NCBI GenBank assembly: GCA_965644295.1
Contig: CBFFRP010000119.1
Coordinates: forward strand, 62,001-126,000
Reading direction: 5' to 3'
Length of the DNA: 64,000 nt
Source of the DNA: Paraphysomonas bandaiensis
Taxonomy: Eukaryota > Protista > Chrysophyceae
Of this stretch, positions 38,701 to 49,154 are shown in pieces. Position 1 is the first letter of the stretch. Each line of letters starts with the position of its first letter. Position numbers and translations under genes: made by a program. The notes under the pieces were generated by a model. That model was not told the DNA's origin. It saw only the letters and a program-made list of their open reading frames with translations, and searched no databases.

Positions 38701-41700
38701 TCCTGATCGCGTAAAGCCATTTTATAAGCAGTATCAGAATCTCCCGGAAACAATTTAACATCGCTCACGGAAACACGAACCACTTGCCCAGTGGCGAGAT
38801 GTTGACAATCTACGTCATTCTTGTATTGGGACTTGACTGAGAAAGGTCCCATATACCGGTGAGACATCTTAGGATGAACCTTTGCCCCTTTGTCAAATAA
38901 GACAAAATCTCCCGGTTGATACCTATTCTGTCTATCGGGATGCACACCTGTTCCTGCCCTCTCCGTGGCTAACTTTTGCTGATAAGCTTTGGAAGCCTCT
39001 CGGAGTTGGGCTAACTGATCATTAAGCGCAGTGAGTCGAGCATGCGCCCGATCTGGAAGGTCTTTGAGATCCATGTTCAAATAGTCAAGATCCTTTGAGC
39101 CAAACGTCAACTCAAAAGGCGAAAATCCTGTTTCCGAAGACACTTCAGAATTTAGAAGATATTGAACACTTGCTAACCAACTAGGGTCCTCAAAGATGTC
39201 TTTTCGTTCCTCCCGTTCACTGTAATCATAGACCAGAGCACGTAGATGTCGAACTACTTCTCCAATAATTCTTTCACATCCATTTGCATGGCGATTGGCA
39301 ATACTAAAAGTGTGCCGAACACCCATGTACTCCGTCAACTGTTTGAACAAATCTGAAGTCAAATCCGGTCCTTGATCCGAGATTATTAGATCGGTGTGAC
39401 CGTAATGACTCCAGTATTTCCATATAGTATTTGCAAGATTAAGAGCCGTCACACCTTTGACAGGTTCAAGGTACACAAACTTGGTGAAAAGATTGACCAC
39501 CACGTTGATATGTGTATATCCCTCTGCACCGTGAGGTGTAATCTCAACAGCATCTATACCAATCGCGCTACGAGCATTTGGGGGCTTGAGATTTCGTACG
39601 ATCGGAATAAGAGCCTCCTTCATAGCCAACCTCGTTTTCACACAATTTGGGCACTTAGAGATATAATCCTCAACAACCTTGTAAGGAATATTATGACCCG
39701 GGAACTCTTTGTTTAAGCGTATCCAGGTAGCCCTTCCCCCCATGTGTCCAACTCGCGCGTTATGAACCTCACGCAACGCCGTCTCCGGTGATACATGAGA
39801 TGTTGGAGGGTCCCCAATCTCTCGATCATCCGGGTTCATAAAGTTACCCAGAAAGTTAAAGTACTCATACTCATTACAGTCATCCCCCATGAAATAGGCG
39901 TCATCATATTCCTCCTCTGGGAATATTCCAGAGAGTATAGCAACCTGATGCTCTCTAGATAACCAGTCCGCCAACCAATTCTTGGCACCAGATATATGAC
40001 GAATGCTGAAGTTGAAAGACTGCAAGAATATCCTCCATCGTGTAATCTTTGGAACATCCGAAGATTCCATCCACAATAAATTGTTATGGTCGGTCTCAAT
40101 TGTGAATTGCTTGCCTATTAAGTAATAAGCCAAGTGTTTAACACTGTAGAAAATTCCATATGCCTCTTGCTCTATAGTTGACCACTTCTGAGCTTGGGCA
40201 GAAAACTTTTTGGAAATGAAAGCTATAGGCTGCCACTGTATGCTCCCATCCTCTAATATTTTCTTTTGCAATAACACTGAACCTATTCCCAACTCACTAG
40301 CGTCAGTACGCAATGTCCACTCAAGATTATAATCCGGATAAAACAGCTCACAAGCGTCTTGTAGTCCAGCAATGAAACGACGATACTCTGCCTCGTAGTC
40401 ATGCCGCCATGTGGACTTATCCCAATTGAAACTCGACTTTGTCATGTCAGTCAAGTGAGCAACTAAATCAGAGTATCTAGGCGTAAAACTAGAAAAGAAT
40501 ACCCCTTTACCCAGCAACGATCTGGCCTGTTTGGTGTTAGTAGGCATTGGAATCTTGCCGAGAGCCTCCTTCTTATCGGGATTAACCTCATATGACTTGT
40601 GACGGCAAACATATCCAAAGAAATCCACCTTTCTAAACCCCAACCAGCTTTTTGGCATCTTAAGTTTCACATTCCTTTCAATACATCTGTCAATGATCTT
40701 CTCGAACTTCTCATAAGCATCCCTGGCATCATTAGCCAATATAAGCATGTTATCGAAAATGACTATGGCCCACTCAGAGAAATCATCGAATATTTCTCTC
40801 ACAGTTTCCTGTAAAACACCCGTGGCCGGAGCAATACCCTCTGGCATGAAATTAGGAGCAAATTGCCCCCAAGGCGTCTGAATTGATAGGCGCTCAGAAG
40901 TTTCATCATCTAATGGAATTTGATGAAAAGCATTTGTTAAATCTATATCCATGTATAGCGGAAAGTTGATAATCTTGTCCAACTCATGCTTAACATTAGG
41001 AATCGTATAATTTCCCACTTCCATGTGCTTGTTAATTTGCACATAGTCACCACAAAAACGGATGTATGGAGGAGTGGCTTTGGGAGCAACCACTAGGCAT
41101 GAAGCCCAAGGAGACCGACTCTTTCGGTAGAAATAGCCACACAGTCGCCGAAACTCCTTCTCCGAAGCCTCCCACAGCTTAGGATTGATCGGGCGAGCCT
41201 TTGGTTTCATTCGGTCCGGGAGAGTGCTTTTCCATTTTAGAGACAAAGGGTCCACACCTCTCACACCGCTCCATTCGTCAGGCACGAACACTTTTTCAGC
41301 CTTCGTTGACAACAATTCCATAATCTTAGTTTCACTTTTCATTTCATCGCTGACATGAGTCTCTATCTGCTCATGATAGTCTTGGAGGGCTTCCTCCCTA
41401 GACTTTCCTAAGAATGTCAACGCATCCTTGAATTGAACCGGTAACTCAGTTTCCTCATCCTCTGGGGCAATAGCATCACTCGCTCTTGACCATGGGTGCA
41501 CACGGTCATCAGAGTCAACCGTGTCCCCTGCCAGAGATGACAACACATTCGAATTTTCATTATCGGAGACACCCTCGATTTGAGTGTCATGTGCCTCACG
41601 CATAACAGCACACATGAAAGGATATAATTTCCCAGTCAGCGCAGGCAACCGAAGGCAACAGACAACAAGCCCAGAGAATCAAGCCCAAAGAAGCGTGTCG

Positions 41701-43398
41701 CAGTTAGTTTCTTATAAGAGTGTGAAACAACAGCGCAAAGACAGAAATTTCTGTACGAGCAGTAAAGTAAATATTTACTATAACAACACCCGGTTTGATA
41801 ACCAGGGTGTTGGCTCGTAAACAATAAAACTACAATAACACCTACACTGAACCAACAAAGAACAGTAATAACGGTATTATTATTAAAACACTTTTCCAAG
41901 TCTAGACCTAAACTTAGTTAGTGACTCCCGCAAAGAGCCACCGCGCAATGGTATACCGCCGGCACCCAAGATCACTAGCACCAAGCTTTGGTCTAACTTA
42001 AAACAAGTGATAAACACCATAGAAGCATATATGCACACACACACACTCCTAACATGGTACAACACACGTGGTGTCATCACACCACCACAGGTTGCGTAAC
42101 TCTTCAAAACTGAAAATACACAGCAACCTGATAGGGAGTGACTCACCAGCATATGCCGAGAGTACACCGTATACTACGTATCTATACCCTACCAGAGACT
42201 GAAAACCCCACAATCCAGGAAATACATAAATACGGTACGTATAGTACGTATAGTACGCATACCACATTTGCAATCGAACCCCAATAAGCCTTGCATAAAC
42301 ACTCGTGCACCTCAAGTGTATAATAGCGACTTCTCTCTTATGATGGTCACATGTACTTGCCCCCCTATAGGGTAGTACGGGTAATACATGTGTGTATGTA
42401 TATGGAAGTATATACTGCAACTGCTATACAGGAATACGGGCCCACATAACTTTGATATAAATTTGCAGCAGGTTTCACATCGACCGAAGTCACCAGCAGC
42501 AGATCCTAGTCGTACATCATCATCAGCAGATAAAATTGGACATCATACCCGAACGTTGGCTCAATATGTAGGTACCCTGTGGTACATTACCAATGTCCAA
42601 ATGGTGTTGCATAATATGTATCCTGAACACAATGAAGGTCCTAAAGCAATATATAGGGTCCTGATATAGGGTCCTAAACCAACATAGGGTCCTAAAAGTC
42701 AATGTAACCATGCATGTGACTCAATAGCGTGATACTATAGCCACGTAGATAGGGCATGGGAAATGCCACGTGGTCACACGAACTTTGCAAGTTCTTTCCT
42801 CACGCATTACAACAGTCTGTTGCACATTTGGAAGGTTGGCATTCTTTTTCAATTCCCTGAACAGCTTCCCAGGTTTCTTGCCTCCTAACAGAGCTTGAGT
42901 TCTAGTAGGGAATTCAGAAGCCACCTGCTGATCACCATCCTCCTCAGCATTACCATTTGACTGAGCAGTAGAAGTATCTTCCTCCTCCAACAATTCTCTT
43001 ACAGATTCATCCCGCCAAGGAGTGCGATAGTGCTCCGCCAGATTATGCAGAGTAGAGTATCTCCTTGTATCACGTTTCTTTACCGGTTTCGGTAACGTGT
43101 CAGGAACTGTAGGTGTTCCTTTCGTAACTGTTTCATCCGCCCCTGGGATATTTTGATCTTCCCTTAAAATCGTGGGGCTTTGCGCTCTAGAGCCGACAGG
43201 TGTACCTCTACGTGAGGCTCGCTCTTCGAGTCGCGTGACTCTCAACGTTAAGTCATCTATTCTCGTATCGAATTTCCTTTCCAAGGCATCGAAACGTGCA
43301 AGAATGATTTCGAGCATTGAAGGCTCTAGATCCTCCTTAACACTGCCTTCAGAACCAGAGTGGCTCTTAGGGCTACTCCTACCAACAGGAGTTTGCAT
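35775..43398 (-). CDS. Gypsy-A gag, split by Gypsy-B (43398-42779 + 36963-35775)
   Basis: Removing Gypsy-B and one CGAA copy restores the frame ..EERTCKVR|INELKLSK..; coiled-coil N-terminus; CCCH-type motif near the C-terminus. Confidence 0.85.
36968..42778 (-). mobile_element. Gypsy-B: sister-family element lacking gag and most of the protease, inserted in Gypsy-A gag
   Basis: LTRs 36968-37972 and 41779-42778; TSD CGAA (36964-36967, 42779-42782); PPT GGGGGAGGAGGCAG; the 5' leader joins directly to LPALTG at ~41648. Confidence 0.93.
38160..41648 (-). CDS. Gypsy-B truncated pol (RT-RH-IN-chromo-like), uninterrupted 1162 codons
   Basis: Colinear with Gypsy-A pol from LPALTG onward; same IFDN motif; intact integrase segment NARSAIGIDAV. 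Confidence 0.92.
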   Translation of the reverse strand: MPALTGKLYPFMCAVMREAHDTQIEGVSDNENSNVLSSLAGDTVDSDDRVHPWSRASDAIAPEDEETELPVQFKDALTFLGKSREEALQDYHEQIETHVSDEMKSETKIMELLSTKAEKVFVPDEWSGVRGVDPLSLKWKSTLPDRMKPKARPINPKLWEASEKEFRRLCGYFYRKSRSPWASCLVVAPKATPPYIRFCGDYVQINKHMEVGNYTIPNVKHELDKIINFPLYMDIDLTNAFHQIPLDDETSERLSIQTPWGQFAPNFMPEGIAPATGVLQETVREIFDDFSEWAIVIFDNMLILANDARDAYEKFEKIIDRCIERNVKLKMPKSWLGFRKVDFFGYVCRHKSYEVNPDKKEALGKIPMPTNTKQARSLLGKGVFFSSFTPRYSDLVAHLTDMTKSSFNWDKSTWRHDYEAEYRRFIAGLQDACELFYPDYNLEWTLRTDASELGIGSVLLQKKILEDGSIQWQPIAFISKKFSAQAQKWSTIEQEAYGIFYSVKHLAYYLIGKQFTIETDHNNLLWMESSDVPKITRWRIFLQSFNFSIRHISGAKNWLADWLSREHQVAILSGIFPEEEYDDAYFMGDDCNEYEYFNFLGNFMNPDDREIGDPPTSHVSPETALREVHNARVGHMGGRATWIRLNKEFPGHNIPYKVVEDYISKCPNCVKTRLAMKEALIPIVRNLKPPNARSAIGIDAVEITPHGAEGYTHINVVVNLFTKFVYLEPVKGVTALNLANTIWKYWSHYGHTDLIISDQGPDLTSDLFKQLTEYMGVRHTFSIANRHANGCERIIGEVVRHLRALVYDYSEREERKDIFEDPSWLASVQYLLNSEVSSETGFSPFELTFGSKDLDYLNMDLKDLPDRAHARLTALNDQLAQLREASKAYQQKLATERAGTGVHPDRQNRYQPGDFVLFDKGAKVHPKMSHRYMGPFSVKSQYKNDVDCQHLATGQVVRVSVSDVKLFPGDSDTAYKMALRDQDQHVIDEILYYRGDREVRSTMVFTVRFQDGDVREVPYSKDIFDSVPYAEFCSRKRYLYHLIYTADYAKKYIADFRRQPITQFQPGDLAYVDLRIYGDAWYDELELPDSHLITYVAPIQFTHWYHKSSKRVLSVKDLLTLRTYRYDNYLVHCFVHSEVNASTMVLVDEDFANKYPQVRASY

Positions 43399-44776
43399 CT
43401 TCCACCTTAGTTGCTGTTACACTCTTTAGTTTATATACCCACACGATTTTTCACCTCAGAGTTACGCAGCTCCCTTGGCTTCAGAGACTAACAAAGATCG
43501 ACAAGGAGGGAATTAAAAATTCGCTCACAGGTCTCAATGAAATAACTCAAATCCAGTCCCCAGTCCCCCGGAAGAAACTGACAAATCCACAGACCTGCGT
43601 AAGAATCCACCAAGACACCAAGACACCACTCAACACACTGACACAAGACACCCCTGCACAACGCACACAAGCAAGGCACACAGACAGGTCTATCTAAATG
43701 ATGTGTATCAAGAATTAATCACAAGAATTCTTGTGCGAGCAAATAAGTAAATATTTACTATGACGTAACCCGGTTTGATAACCAGAATCACGGCTCGCAG
43801 TACAGGTATAGCACACAAACACGCAAGTGTGAAAACAATGTATAATTAATTATGTTTTGACTGCTCTAGGAAAAACCTAATGCTCAGTAAATGATACCCG
43901 CCAAGTATCACCACGCAAGGAACACCGCCAGTGCAACAACATCGTTGGCACCAAGCACTTCGGTTAAGCCTAAACAAGTACATAACACCATAGCATACAT
44001 GTTACACCCACTCCTACTCCTCAAGAACATCACAACACCCTGCAACGTCATCACTGCCCACAGAAACGTGTTTATTCTATAAACTGAATACACACAGCAA
44101 CCTAGGAGCAACGTATAACCGCATACTAATAGTACACCACATCCTACGTTTTACTTTCTACCTAAATTCCCTTACAAAAACAATATACCGCCACTTTGGT
44201 GCATTTTAGCATTCAAGAACCCAAAATCCCTAATATCCAGGTTAATACGTAAATACAACCCTGCATACCAGGTATTGCATATCACAATTGATTCCCCACT
44301 GAGCCTGGTATGAACACTCGTGCACCTCGAGTATATAAAATCCATTCTCCGTTGATGTGATATGTACTTGCCCCCCTATAGGGTAGTATGGGTAATGCCA
44401 GTACGTATTCCTATGGAAGTATACACTGCAACTGCTACACTGGAATACTGACCCACATAACTTTATTATAAATTTGTGGCAGGTTTCACATTGCGTGAAG
44501 TCACCATCAGCAGATCATAGTGTACATCATCATCGGCAGATAAAGTGGACATCACACCTGAACGTTGATTCCGTGTGTAGGTACATCATAGCTCATTACC
44601 CCATCTTAATGAGTATAACATAGAATATGCATCCTAGACATGGTATAGGGTCCTGATGATATAATGTTCTTGATATAGGTTCCTAAACAAATATCACAGG
44701 GTCCTGAATGGGCAATGCATGCAGTTTTGGTACTATAGCCACGTAGATAGGGCATAGGAAATGCCACGTGGTCACA

Positions 44777-47553
44777 CTTTACCTTGGGTACCTCTGCGAT
44801 AATTTGTGCAGTAGTCTTAAATTTTTCCCCAAGATTTCGCTCCCTCTGTTCAATGAATATTGGACCACTCAAAGCCTTGGTATATATATCAGCCATCTGT
44901 TGTCGACTGCTCACATGAATTAATTTCGCTGTATTAAACTGTTCGGGATCCACATGCTCTCTAATCATATGATACTTAATCTCAATATGTTTCGATCGTT
45001 GATGTTGCACTGGATTTTCCGATATATCCTGAGCACTTTGACTATCCAGGAATAATGGTGTGGGCTCGTCAATTTTCAATCCTACTTCACCAGTCACCCC
45101 CCGAGACCATATCATTTCCTGTAATCCATTATATAAGCATTGATACTCTGCTTGCATAGTCGATGTAGCTACAGTAGACTGAAGTTTGGAACCCCACGAT
45201 AGTGGTCCACCAGCTCCAAACATAACATAACCTGAAGTTGATCTCCTCGTCAACGGGTCACCCGCCCAGTCAGCATCCGTGAACATATGAAGATCAAAAT
45301 CTTTCCCTCTATATTGAATGCCTTTTTCCGTAGTACCTCGTACATACTGCATTAAATGTATCATTAGTTTACATACAGTGATATTCACTTTCGTTGAGAA
45401 TCGTGACAATACTCCCACTGCATATGATATATCCGGCCTTGTATTCATAGATAAATAGAGTAACGCTCCTATTAGTGGACGATAGGGAAAATTGTCAACT
45501 AGTTCCTGCTCTTCAGTCGAATGCACATGTTCCACTCCCACTTTGATCCTATCCATGACATCACTAGGTAGTGGGTATCGCCGAGTCTTGTCCCTTGGAC
45601 CCAGAAAGTCCACATACTTCGCCAATACCTTTTTGATGTACACTGTCTGGTCAAGTTTGAGACAATTCTGAGTTCTCGTCACTCTCACGTTCAAAAACTG
45701 GCCAATCTCATTCATATCTGTAATATCGAACCTTTCACATATACTCGTCGCTTAATTTCCAAAATAATACTCGTATCTCGACATGCTATCAGCATATCAT
45801 CTACATATATTACTAACAGAACTACTAATTCACCCCTGATCCGTGTAAAATATAAACATGGGTCAAGTATACATGATATAAAATGTAAGGACTTATACCA
45901 TGACCGTGGTGAGCTTCGAAGACCATATAAACTTTTCTTCAGTTTAAAGCAATATCCTGGTGGCAATTTGAAATCTGGTGTTGCATACTTATACACACAT
46001 CTCCTTTTATATCTGCATATACAAGAATGCATTAGATACGTCGAGTTGATGCACCACCATATTCATAACAAACGCGATAGCTAATAGCAATCTTACTGTT
46101 ACCGCTTTTACCACTGGAGTATAATTGTTGGCTCTACCAACCTCATGGCCTCCGCATTCAAGTACCACAAGTCTTGCTTTCTATCGTGGAATCGCACCCT
46201 CCTTGTTGCGTTTCAAAGCAAAGACATACTCAGGATTCAAATTGCAGTGACACTGGGGTAGGGATGATGGGCTTAACTTCCATTACTTCCCTTCGTTCCA
46301 GTCTGTCACGCTCAGCCTGTCTTGCTGTCAATGGAGTGACTCTGGGGTAGGTATGGGCTTAACTTCCATTACTTCCCTTCGTTCCAGTTCGTCACATTCA
46401 GCCTGGCTGAACTCCATTGCTTCCGTTCCGGCAACTCCAAGGATTCGGAATATGTCTGAGGCACCTTAGGTCCCGCTGACGAGCACCAGATGGAATCTGC
46501 CTCCTCTAGTAGGCTGCACTCCACTTCGTCACACGAAGGTAATACGTGCTTCTCCCCTACTACTGACACATTCGTCACCACCCTTGGAGCCCTTGTGCGC
46601 CTGCCCCTAGTTGAGCGATCTGATGGAGCTTCCTCTCCCGGAGCACTTACGAAGTCAGAAGGGGATGGAACCGTCCCAGTCAACTGCTGTAATAAATGTC
46701 CGCTGGTCCCGTCGTCACGAGATCCAGAACTAGCAGATACTCTTGTCACAAGGTCTTCACTCATCCGCGATGATGTGAATAGGAGTCTTAACTTCCAGTT
46801 GCTCCTCACCACCTGACATCAGGGATCTATATCCCACAGTTAGACCTCTTTCCGAATCTATATTCGCGTGGTCTTGTTGTACAGTTGGCCGCCATCTTCA
46901 CATGGGTTTTGTCGATTAAGTAATCGAAGTCTCTAATATTTCGTTCCTGAGGATCCACAGCAACCATGGCCTCGTCCATTTCTCGATAATAATCAGCCGA
47001 TTTCTCGATAATAATCCGCCGATCTCTCAGGCACAGATTCATCGAATAAAACATGCACAGACGTAACTATAGTATCTCCAATCAATACTTGGTATCCCAT
47101 TTGCTCCTCTGGGAACCCTACAAAGTATCCAGTCTGTGCCTTTTCTTCCCAGTCTTTCCTGCGATCTGCCTTCGGGATGAGAACGTATGCCTTGCACCCC
47201 CATTTCCGTAACCAAGAAAAATCTGGCACCGTTCCTCCAGGAACACACTCGTAGGGTGACATCCACCCTCTATAGGTCTTTGTGGGTAATCTTCTAAGAA
47301 CCCAGCATGCATGTCTAAAGGCTTTCCACCACTCCGCTTTTGGCATACCCGATGACAATAAAAGTGATAATGTCATTTCTCCTAGTGTCCTGAATTTCCG
47401 TTCTGAAACACCGTTTAATTCTGGTGTCTCCCTAGTAGTGTAGGAGAATGTGGTTCCAAATTTTTGTAACAAGTATTCTTTGATTCGCCTGTCCATCAAC
47501 TCTGGTCCACCATCAGCATGGTACTGCTGTATCCTGTTCCACCCTGGGTATTT
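44777..47553 (-). pseudogene. Copia-3 left arm: integrase-RT-RNase H with frameshifts and small duplications; continues at 30866-30699
   Basis: QYHADGGPE, ELNGVSERKFRT, LKKSLYGLRSSP, YVDD, FTDADWAG, RSKHIEIKYH; local duplications at ~46247-46404 and ~46979-47022. Confidence 0.88.
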
Positions 47554-48802
47554 TGGTAGCGAGTGGTAGCACTGAAGATACGAAGGAGGACAACAAGGTG
47601 CTGAAGTTCGACAAGTATCAGGCGGAGGCGTCTGCTCAAAAAATTAGGATTCATTTGGAAATTAAGCGACGAGTATATGTGAAAGGTTCGATATTACAGA
47701 TATGAATGAGATTGGCCAGTTTTTGAACGTGAGAGTGACGAGAACTCAGAATTGTCTCAAACTTGACCAGACAGTGTACATCAAAAAGGTATTGGCGAAG
47801 TATGTGGACTTTCTGGGTCCAAGGGACAAGACTCGGCGATACCCACTACCTAGTGATGTCATGGATAGGATCAAAGTGGGAGTGGAACATGTGCATTCGA
47901 CTGAAGAGCAGGAACTAGTTGACAATTTTCCCTATCGTCCACTAATAGGAGCGTTACTCTATTTATCTATGAATACAAGGCCGGATATATCATATGCAGT
48001 GGGAGTATTGTCACGATTCTCAACGAAAGTGAATATCACTGTATGTAAACTAATGATACATTTAATGCAGTATGTACGAGGTACTACGGAAAAAGGCATT
48101 CAATATAGAGGGAAAGATTTTGATCTTCATATGTTCACGGATGCTGACTGGGCGGGTGACCCGTTGACGAGGAGATCAACTTCAGGTTATGTTATGTTTG
48201 GAGCTGGTGGACCACTATCGTGGGGTTCCAAACTTCAGTCTACTGTAGCTACATCGACTATGCAAGCAGAGTATCAATGCTTATATAATGGATTACAGGA
48301 AATGATATGGTCTCGGGGGGTGACTGGTGAAGTAGGATTGAAAATTGACGAGCCCACACCATTATTCCTGGATAGTCAAAGTGCTCAGGATATATCGGAA
48401 AATCCAGTGCAACATCAACGATCGAAACATATTGAGATTAAGTATCATATGATTAGAGAGCATGTGGATCCCGAACAGTTTAATACAGCGAAATTAATTC
48501 ATGTGAGCAGTCGACAACAGATGGCTGATATATATACCAAGGCTTTGAGTGGTCCAATATTCATTGAACAGAGGGAGCGAAATCTTGGGGAAAAATTTAA
48601 GACTACTGCACAAATTATCGCAGAGGTACCCAAGGTAAAGAGAGTTCGTCGTAACTAGATAGAGGTGAATGAATGGTGGGAGCTAGCTATACCAGCGGAG
48701 TCATACGTCCACCAGTGTCCTATGAGGTTCGGTGGTTGCGTATCCGATAGCAATGTTCTTCACAAATTTTAGAATGGTTAACTACATCCAATTGAGTGGG
48801 AG
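47554..48802 (+). pseudogene. Copia-3 right arm: PBS, start of gag, large deletion, RT C-terminus/RNase H, PPT
   Basis: TGGTAGCGAG at 47554-47563; gag-like STEDTKEDNKVLKFDK; from ~47654 it is the near-exact reverse complement of 45763-44777 + 30866-30699; ORF 47702-48658. Confidence 0.88.
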
Positions 48803-49154
48803 TGTTGAGTTCTGCAATATGATGTGATATATATTGTGCAATTGAAGTGAGTTAACAGTGTGCAATTATAGGTAAAGTCAACTCATAGGTGTAACGGGTG
48901 ATTATAGTAGTTACAAAGGAATTAAATTCAGTTACTGATGTGTGACTATACAAGATATAGAACTGACTGATGAACATATGATAAACAGATGTTGCTATAA
49001 GAACAGATGTTTCAACATATGTTACACGAATATGTAGTGAAGTGTTCAGAATAATAATCATAATTTCTTACTTGAAAGTGCATTGTGTTCAACAGCAAGG
49101 TTACGGTTTACGCGTAGAGCAAAGTTAACTTCAGTGAAATGTCCATTGTTAACA

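Larger units (their letters stand above)
30867..44776 (-). mobile_element. Gypsy-A: Ty3/gypsy chromodomain-type LTR retrotransposon inserted in the last codons of Copia-3 pol
   Basis: 5' LTR 43759-44776; 3' LTR 30867-31634 (lacks ~250 bp just inside its U5 end); TSD CTTT (30863-30866, 44777-44780); PPT GAGGGGGGGAGGCAG; interrupts ..EVPKV|KRVRRN*. Confidence 0.93.
30347..49154. mobile_element. Copia-3 inverted (head-to-head) dimer insertion bounded by two inverted 3' LTRs; contains nested Gypsy-A and Gypsy-B
   Basis: 352-bp TG..CA LTRs at 30347-30698 (minus) and 48803-49154 (plus), each with its PPT ATTGAGTGGGAG on the inner side; direct 5-bp TSD GATGC (30342-30346, 49155-49159). Confidence 0.9.
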
